Made by a program: the position numbers and the translations under genes | Shown: in pieces, positions 58,501 through 64,000 of the stretch | How positions within the stretch are numbered: position 1 is the stretch's first letter | Layout: each line of letters begins with the position of its first letter | Notes under the pieces: generated by a model | Databases searched by the model: none | The model's input: only the letters and a program-made list of their open reading frames with translations | Told to the model about the DNA's origin: nothing | Source: Abditibacteriaceae bacterium | GTDB taxonomy: Bacteria; Armatimonadota; Abditibacteriia; Abditibacteriales; Abditibacteriaceae | Direction of reading: 5' to 3' | DNA length: 64,000 nucleotides | NCBI GenBank assembly: GCA_031425655.1 | Contig: JANPJS010000070.1 | Location: 1-64,000 of the forward strand

Positions 58501-59853
58501 CAGCCAGCCGGTGCGAAGACTGCCATCACTGCGCGTGACGTGTGCCGATAGCGCGCCGATGCGGTTCTCGGTGTAGTCGTAGTCCACGCAAAGATACACC
58601 CGCACCAGTCGCTGCGGAGGCTCGCCTTCCGCACCCGGAATCTCATGCATCGGCAACTGGCTCTGCACGAACTGCGGCAAGGGTGTGACCTCGTGCGCGT
58701 CTGGGTCGGAGCCGCCGTTAGGCAGTGTGGTTCGGCGCGCTTTGGCGCGGGCGACGAGCAACTCCAAGCTCTCACTGAGGTCTGGGTTCTGTCGTGTCTG
58801 AGTTGCTTGCGTGCTGTCTAAGTCAAGGTCGGCAAGAGCATCCAGCGTGAGAATACCGGAGTCACGCAGCGCACGGGCTGTCGAAGGCGAGACACCCAGC
58901 AGTTCGTGGCGACGCAGGCGGGCGCTTTCGGGCAGACAATGCACGTTGAAGACGCAGCCGTCACACTTGGCGTCGAGTTGGTATGCAAGGTCATTCAGCG
59001 GCGTGTTTGCGATGTGCAGCAGCGGCCCATCAAAATCAAGCAGCCTCTCGATGTCAGCCTCTTCCATTTCCGAGTCGAGCGAGGGCAGGTCGAGCATAGA
59101 CTGGCTCTGGTTAGTATCCTCCTCAATGCGCGCAACGACGCACTCCACATCATTGGGGGAGAGGGGCACACCGCCCGCTAGCAACTGTTGCGACTCTAAC
59201 ATCTGCCGCACCATCATGCGATAAAGCGCGACTTGCACACGCTGATAGGTGCGGTCTTTGCGCGATGCTTTGCATTCCACAATGCGAAGGAGCGGTTTGC
59301 CATCTTCCCATAACAGCAGTAGAAAGTCCACGCGCCCTTCAACGTCGAACGCGCCAATATCGGCGGCAATCTCGACTTCACGCCCGAACACATTTTGGCC
59401 AACGGCAGCGCCTTCAACCGCCGCCCGAAACGAGGCCCACGAGGTGTTCTCGCCACTGGTGATGCTGGATAGCCCCGCTCCGTTGAGGTCGCCGGTCACA
59501 CCAAAAGGGGCGCCGCCGTTGGAATTGACGATGCCACTGGCAGCACTACTCCCAACCCCAGTTGTGGCTGTCGCCTTGCCGGTAGAAGCCGCGCTGCCGG
59601 ACGCGGAGGAAGCGAACGACGGCGCGATGGCCGCCACGCCACTTTGCAGCAGCGAGCTTTCCCAGGCGTTTTCACGGGCGCGACCGGCCTCTTGAAGCAC
59701 GGGGTCGAGGGCATTGAATAGGCGATTGGCGAAGGGCAGCGTCTTCGACTCGGCGCGGTTGTTGATTTCGAGCTTAAAGCGGCGCTCGCACGAATGGTGA
59801 CGAATGTATTCGCCAATCTCGCTGACGCGCACACGTGAAAATTGAATATTCAT
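55522..59853 (-). CDS. RecB/Cas4-like PD-(D/E)XK nuclease fused to an SF1 (DNA2/Upf1-like) helicase
   Basis: GRVDF, VECKAS, QVALY, C..C....C; GPPGTGKT, DEASM, GDHRQL, TVERLQG and NVAFSRAK motifs. Confidence 0.88.
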   Translation of the reverse strand: MNIQFSRVRVSEIGEYIRHHSCERRFKLEINNRAESKTLPFANRLFNALDPVLQEAGRARENAWESSLLQSGVAAIAPSFASSASGSAASTGKATATTGVGSSAASGIVNSNGGAPFGVTGDLNGAGLSSITSGENTSWASFRAAVEGAAVGQNVFGREVEIAADIGAFDVEGRVDFLLLLWEDGKPLLRIVECKASRKDRTYQRVQVALYRMMVRQMLESQQLLAGGVPLSPNDVECVVARIEEDTNQSQSMLDLPSLDSEMEEADIERLLDFDGPLLHIANTPLNDLAYQLDAKCDGCVFNVHCLPESARLRRHELLGVSPSTARALRDSGILTLDALADLDLDSTQATQTRQNPDLSESLELLVARAKARRTTLPNGGSDPDAHEVTPLPQFVQSQLPMHEIPGAEGEPPQRLVRVYLCVDYDYTENRIGALSAHVTRSDGSLRTGWLRDSNDKAYPDPKVKEALPVLDNNGEPQIGADGRPIFQEQALQGKEVARLVASPWTGDYRLDTGAEKELLQGFLMELVEAIAEVAEAESAPIHFYVWSRNEMRRLVEACARVDSRLLSHLRELLGCRESLEQLIFSSLGDEVNRRYALGWTGRGLAVATSLRWFGQVFHWTRRVAGAEVRLDRVMQQDIFDFKTDLELLPNGQWNPKPKEGDPKHKFEIRARFQDALTAPYWRAYWGTLPDPDKVKMDAHTAGAIRRYKEASAPGVLKAYLSARCHALRWIEERVRFKSEDIIKPSLNIAELVHFDLGVHNAAQAGVDFLRLDQHVKVAEWVSDYLAPLSQRVSSGRTVPVRDVEMHDDGTFTAQLDMAGQSVSAHELSSRCSLGPDSFVRLSPRANDPHRGQTFKQLVRGGKTARVTALNWHTGEVSLEIVPGRATRYTLGSIPPDEPGLLFDFATLDESVSDFVASKVEKRLLSNLGSYAYDWLDPLDPQMPEANALAPDERVQYENLLASLPLPGGHADADQIAAALDGLETRVQLLQGPPGTGKTQTTALAVLLRVMTRLEEGSVVLVGAPTHTAVDTLLERIGFLVDNFRSHIEGEGYRLPSLVLSKVVSGEAGEPSSDSFSDFGVDEAKAFLEECGDSVLIVGGTTSALLKLADRLNKYKKFRLLPDGFQTPVLIVDEASMMVFPHFLALATLVQMDGSLMLAGDHRQLSPIVAHDWENEDRPPSALYQPFVSAYEAVRRIAESSNPSPHTTRRSTLSYSFRLPPLIRDLLTRLYSRDDITLTGPCGASHGGANTGWQGVWDGETGLYLVLHSERASRQSNALEVEIIRRILAANPGLSDDSVAVVTPHRAQRALLRRELQPHLTPNGPVGVIDTVERLQGGERPVVIVSATASEPTAIDTNASFILDLNRSNVAFSRAKERLIVVCSESLLGHIPVELEHYEAAMLWKSLRALCSRQVAHEQINGHTVHVMAPALEGIEEAIEESL

Positions 59854-59858
59854 AACGT

Positions 59859-60851
59859 CTAAACTGTGCTTTCTGGTAGTGCGCTCAATCGTGGCGTAAG
59901 CCAGGCGATAATATCGGTTTTCAAAGCAACTGAAGCCCAATCAGCGCCGCTCGCACTTGCCGAGAGGAGACGGTAGCGGTCAAGCAGCATTCCGTCTACC
60001 TCCTTACAACGCCGATAAAACTCCGTGTCTTCCAGTGCAAAAGGCATAGCAAAAGCACGCTGCGGGCTGGAGGAAAAGTTAATTAAGCCTTGCCACGTTG
60101 ATATAACAGGAGTATGCAGTTTTTCTGTCCAATCTTTGCCGCTTGCACACTGCATTAGGTAAACTGGTTTGCCTCCGCGCTCGTCTCGAAAAGGCAGATG
60201 GCATACGATATCTAAGCCTTTCTCGTTCGCCGACTCGTAGAGAGCCACAATCGGGTTATTAATGAAACTCTCACGCAAATGGTCGGCGACATCTGTAACG
60301 ATTTGCTGAAATCGAGCCGTCTGGATGCCACTGGCCCAACCAGTGCGATGCACATTCCAGCCCAAGGCACTTAAAGATTCCTCTGATAGGCGCTCGAATA
60401 AATGACCTTGACCGATGTAATCCTCTTGGTTTTGCTTGACCCAATGGGTTACCGCAGTCCGATAATATAAGGCGAATGTCAAAAACAGGCAAAAAGCATG
60501 AGCCGGTGCATCTTCCCACGAATCAGATGTTTTTTCTATGGTCCGGCTGCCCAAGCGGAAAGGATACCCTTTATCCATCCACTGGGAACGCCGCCGCAGT
60601 TCGCTCCAAGTGTCCGATAAAATCTCCGCCGCGAAATCTTCACTGCTGTAGATGCCCTTTTCCTGTAATATATCGATGACGTCAGATTGGGAGATTTCGC
60701 CATCCCCAAAGAGGGCACTTCCTTCGACCCAGTCAACCAAGATGACCCGGTTCACATTGTGCTTGTCAACCGACCTCGCGAATCCAATCTCAGGCATTTC
60801 TAACATAATAGTGAAATTGGACTTACTTGGGTTCGCTATTACCGTCGCCAT
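59859..60851 (-). CDS. Restriction-endonuclease-fold hypothetical protein
   Basis: FERLS, GLDIV, MQCASG.DW..K and LDRYRL motifs. Confidence 0.6.
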   Translation of the reverse strand: MATVIANPSKSNFTIMLEMPEIGFARSVDKHNVNRVILVDWVEGSALFGDGEISQSDVIDILQEKGIYSSEDFAAEILSDTWSELRRRSQWMDKGYPFRLGSRTIEKTSDSWEDAPAHAFCLFLTFALYYRTAVTHWVKQNQEDYIGQGHLFERLSEESLSALGWNVHRTGWASGIQTARFQQIVTDVADHLRESFINNPIVALYESANEKGLDIVCHLPFRDERGGKPVYLMQCASGKDWTEKLHTPVISTWQGLINFSSSPQRAFAMPFALEDTEFYRRCKEVDGMLLDRYRLLSASASGADWASVALKTDIIAWLTPRLSALPESTV

Positions 60852-61959
60852 CCAAAACGGCTATTTTGAGGTGTGGAAAAATTCTTAAGAGTTGCATCAC
60901 GTCGTCGCCCAAGTGTTTAACTGCTTTTTCCAGCCGCTCTGAACCGCGATGATGATGCACCGTGCCCAGCGCTTGTTCGACGCTATAGTAGGCATCTTCA
61001 ATTAGCGCGCTAACCTGGGCCTCATCGCCACCTGCCAAGCGGTAAGCGGTGTCAAGAGTTGGATTCTTGGCCGTTTCCAAGTAGCGCACAGCTTCGGGAT
61101 TCTCCAATGCCAAACCAAACTGGTCAACCTGACGCGAATCTTTGAGAACAGGAAGCCGTTTCTTAGTGCCAAAAAGCCATGTCGAAAACCTGACTAAATG
61201 GTCAAGTTGCTCGCGTGGCACAGGAACTTTTGCATTGTCAGGGTCAGCTTGAATGTCGATATTGAGATAAGATTGAACACCTTGGGTGCGAAGTGAGAGA
61301 AATAGCACACTGAACCGCTCCTCGACTTGGTCTAACTCGATGCGCTCGTCATCCTCCATTTGTAGCAGAATGCGGTAGGCGATATAGTTTTGACGCACAG
61401 TTGGCGTCTTGCTGCCGATTTTGCGCATGACTTCTTGATAAGTCATTCCTTGCTCATCAATTAACTTGGAGATGAACTCTGCTTTCTCTGCTGGCGCCCA
61501 TTCCTTGATTCCAGTCACATGACGAAAGCCCAAATAGGCCTGAATCGACTGGCGCGAGTGGGCTTCGAGATAAGGAACCTGTTCCAACCGCGCGAAATCC
61601 TCATCGTTGCCGGACGCAGCAATCTCGGCCCATCGTTGCGAAATAGGGGCACCTTCCTTGGCTGCGAATAGAAGTTTCAACGCAGCCAAGCGGCGATTGC
61701 CTTCAACCACGACAAGTCGTTCTGTGCCTTCAAACGCTTCCCGAACACACAACAGCGCTTCTTGAATCCAAAAACCACTTTCCAAAAAAGAAACGGCCAA
61801 CTCGTCCAAAGTCCACTCGCGCATGAGTTCGAGCACTTGCTCTTGCGTTAACTCTTGGCGTGTGTGTTCGCGTCCCAGTCGGGGGTTACGTGGGTCAAGC
61901 CACAGTTCTGCCACCGTTACGGCTTGCGGGGCCGAATTCTTGAAAGGAGAAGTCATCAT
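60823..61959 (-). CDS. ParB/Srx N-terminal domain protein
   Basis: LDPRNPRL, VVVEGNRRLAALK and RHVTGIKEW motifs. Confidence 0.8.
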   Translation of the reverse strand: MMTSPFKNSAPQAVTVAELWLDPRNPRLGREHTRQELTQEQVLELMREWTLDELAVSFLESGFWIQEALLCVREAFEGTERLVVVEGNRRLAALKLLFAAKEGAPISQRWAEIAASGNDEDFARLEQVPYLEAHSRQSIQAYLGFRHVTGIKEWAPAEKAEFISKLIDEQGMTYQEVMRKIGSKTPTVRQNYIAYRILLQMEDDERIELDQVEERFSVLFLSLRTQGVQSYLNIDIQADPDNAKVPVPREQLDHLVRFSTWLFGTKKRLPVLKDSRQVDQFGLALENPEAVRYLETAKNPTLDTAYRLAGGDEAQVSALIEDAYYSVEQALGTVHHHRGSERLEKAVKHLGDDVMQLLRIFPHLKIAVLDGDGNSEPK

Positions 61960-62315
61960 GAGCATCAATTTGGACTTAGTATGCGTTCACATAGGAACGT
62001 GCATACAAACAGTAGTATTTGCCAACGTGGTGAGTCAGCCGAGGTGCCATTGCCATCCGCATTTCCTTGAATATCATCACATTCATTGATCCATCCACAA
62101 AATCTAAACCCTGAATTGGCATTTATATTTTCGGCGATTCCCACAGAACGCGCTATAGAGAGAATCTGCCGTCGCCCCGTCGAAGGTGCCAGTTATCGTC
62201 GTATGAGCGGCACATAGGCTTTGCATTGCTGTCCGCTGCCTATTGAACAGGGAGTAAAAAGGCGTCAACGACGGCGGATTACCAACCGCCGTCGATCGCA
62301 GCCAGAGAGTCAAAT

Positions 62316-62666
62316 CTATTGATGTTGTGCGGACTCCAACAAAGTAAGTAACCACTCCCATTTGGCTTCAAGTTGGTCAACCCTGTCCGCCGCATCACGC
62401 CAAGCCTTTTCACCCTTTCCGATACTTTCAGCAATGAGCTCAGCCACAAAACCTGCCATGCGCACATCGGCCTCAACTACAAGCAAGGCATATTGCAACA
62501 GCCGCAGGGAGGCTTGATCATTATTGCCCGTGATCAGACAGATCACCCGCTCTGGTTGAAGCGCATCGATCTCTGTTTGACCCGATAAGATTTCCAGCAG
62601 ACTCAAGGGTGCAGACAACACATTGCCCCGTTCGTCAACGCTCCCGGATTCCTGAAAGTTATACAT
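62316..62666 (-). CDS. Hypothetical protein
   Basis: Overlaps the upstream helicase stop; purine-rich RBS-like sequence. Confidence 0.5.
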   Translation of the reverse strand: MYNFQESGSVDERGNVLSAPLSLLEILSGQTEIDALQPERVICLITGNNDQASLRLLQYALLVVEADVRMAGFVAELIAESIGKGEKAWRDAADRVDQLEAKWEWLLTLLESAQHQ

Positions 62667-64000
62667 CTCGCCCTCTCCTATTGCGAGACACGAAGGAAAC
62701 GAAGTTAACGAGGAAATGGTTGAGGTTGGTTACCTCGTTTTCCTCGTTTTCCTCGTCATTAGAAGAGGTAGTTCCACTGTGGGGCCGATAGATCCAGAGG
62801 GAAGCAGGTCTTCCCGACTGCCCGGTTTTTTCCTTCTCCTGCACAACCAACCCATGTTGGGCAAGGACATTCAATGCAGCGTGCAGGCGGTCTGCTTTGT
62901 GATTCCGACTGAACAGGTTTTGGATTTCTTCTTGGCTTACACCACTTGGGTATGCGCTGCGCAACTTCACCAAAATGGTGTCAGCGACTGGGTCACCAGA
63001 TGAATCCCCGAAAATATAGGCTGCTGACCGTTCCGAATAATCCCAAAATGCCAGAGCGGCCAGCAGGTGTTCTTGACGAATGACAGGGGATCGATCAAGC
63101 AGCGCATAAACCCCAGATAATCTCAAAACTTGGGCCTCAGCTCGTGATGTGACCGCGCCCAGTAAACCCTGAGAATCGCGCGTCAAGTAAGGATAAACCT
63201 TGTGCCAGAGTGCTCTGGATTCTTCATCTCTCTTCATTTCTCCAACCGTTTTGGAAAAGTTGATAACATCCTGCAACCTCTTCCGAAGAGGTTGCAGGTC
63301 GTCATCGTTAAGGTTTCCACCATCAGGCAGTATCTTTGAACGTCGGACACCAATCCAGATAATGCGATTCGCGAACCCGTTAGCTTTTTCAGTCTCGGTC
63401 AGGTAACGGAGCAACTCCAATTTGGTGACATGTCCGATTAAGGAGATATGGGGATTAGTGGCTATCTCTGCACTGTTTTTCGTCAGAGTCTGCAGTATCC
63501 CACCGTCCCACCCTGAACGAAGAGTCATCGTCAGGGTATTCCCATCGCGTTGCGCATTCTTCAGAATGGCAGCAACTTCTTCCTCAATGATCAAAAGGCG
63601 TTTGTCCACAACGCCAGGATCAGCAACGATCGTTTCTTGGCCAGATACTTTGTTGCCGTCCCTGATAAGCTGTAGCCTCTCAACCGGATCTCTAACAGCG
63701 TGGATAAGACCTTCGCCAGATGAAAGTCCCCCAACTACTTTTTTGTCAGCCCATTCCATATCGAGGGGATGCAGAAGATTAAGGACGCGCCTCCATGCAG
63801 TCCCCTTGCGACCTTTCGAGCTTTCACCGACTAAACAGGCATAAAGGTTAAAGTGATGATGCGAGTCCTCAACGACACAATGGGCATTCCGGCCAACCAA
63901 ATTACCGACCGCAACTAATAACTGTGCCACAAGGGCCATCTTGTCTGATTCTGTATGTGGCTCGACTACACGGACGAACTCACCAACCAATCCGTGGAAT
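62659..64000 (-). CDS. DUF3987/YfjI-like replicative AAA helicase (5' end outside window)
   Basis: NLY..LVGESSKGRKGT, LSSGEGLI, EEE, GWDG and GFANR motifs; C-terminal wHTH-like region ending GRP...W. Confidence 0.8.
   Translation of the reverse strand, partial: FHGLVGEFVRVVEPHTESDKMALVAQLLVAVGNLVGRNAHCVVEDSHHHFNLYACLVGESSKGRKGTAWRRVLNLLHPLDMEWADKKVVGGLSSGEGLIHAVRDPVERLQLIRDGNKVSGQETIVADPGVVDKRLLIIEEEVAAILKNAQRDGNTLTMTLRSGWDGGILQTLTKNSAEIATNPHISLIGHVTKLELLRYLTETEKANGFANRIIWIGVRRSKILPDGGNLNDDDLQPLRKRLQDVINFSKTVGEMKRDEESRALWHKVYPYLTRDSQGLLGAVTSRAEAQVLRLSGVYALLDRSPVIRQEHLLAALAFWDYSERSAAYIFGDSSGDPVADTILVKLRSAYPSGVSQEEIQNLFSRNHKADRLHAALNVLAQHGLVVQEKEKTGQSGRPASLWIYRPHSGTTSSNDEENEENEVTNLNHFLVNFVSFVSRNRRGRDV

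Noticed and set aside
55522..59853. CRISPR-associated Cas4
   Set aside because: The Cas4/RecB-like domain is fused to an SF1 helicase, and no array or other cas genes are present.

Overview
Bacterial chromosomal window with two parts. Part one (1-27.6 kb, GC-rich) holds a disrupted restriction-modification-like locus interrupted by a REP-flanked HUH transposase, a sulfatase, and cimA with a candidate Ile/Val leader-peptide attenuator. It also holds a Leu T-box-controlled ilvC-leuA-leuC-leuD operon with two toxin-antitoxin pairs inserted between the enzyme genes, a GH4 alpha-galactosidase, an MFS transporter, an M42 peptidase and tRNA-Asn. Part two (27.6 kb to the right edge) is a composite genomic island integrated at the tRNA. 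It carries a large serine recombinase, a rolling-circle-type Rep, a DUF6745-like/WYL/HNH/helicase module, a tyrosine recombinase, two convergent defence-like operons and a DUF3987-like helicase. The most unusual feature is at 21.2-24.8 kb: the last 60-110 bp of the GH4 gene recur four more times as direct repeats. Each copy ends at a stop codon and is followed by its own hairpin and unrelated cargo gene(s). This forms an integron-like cassette array anchored on a housekeeping gene's 3' end, with no adjacent integrase. All calls come from motif reading by eye; no database searches were run.
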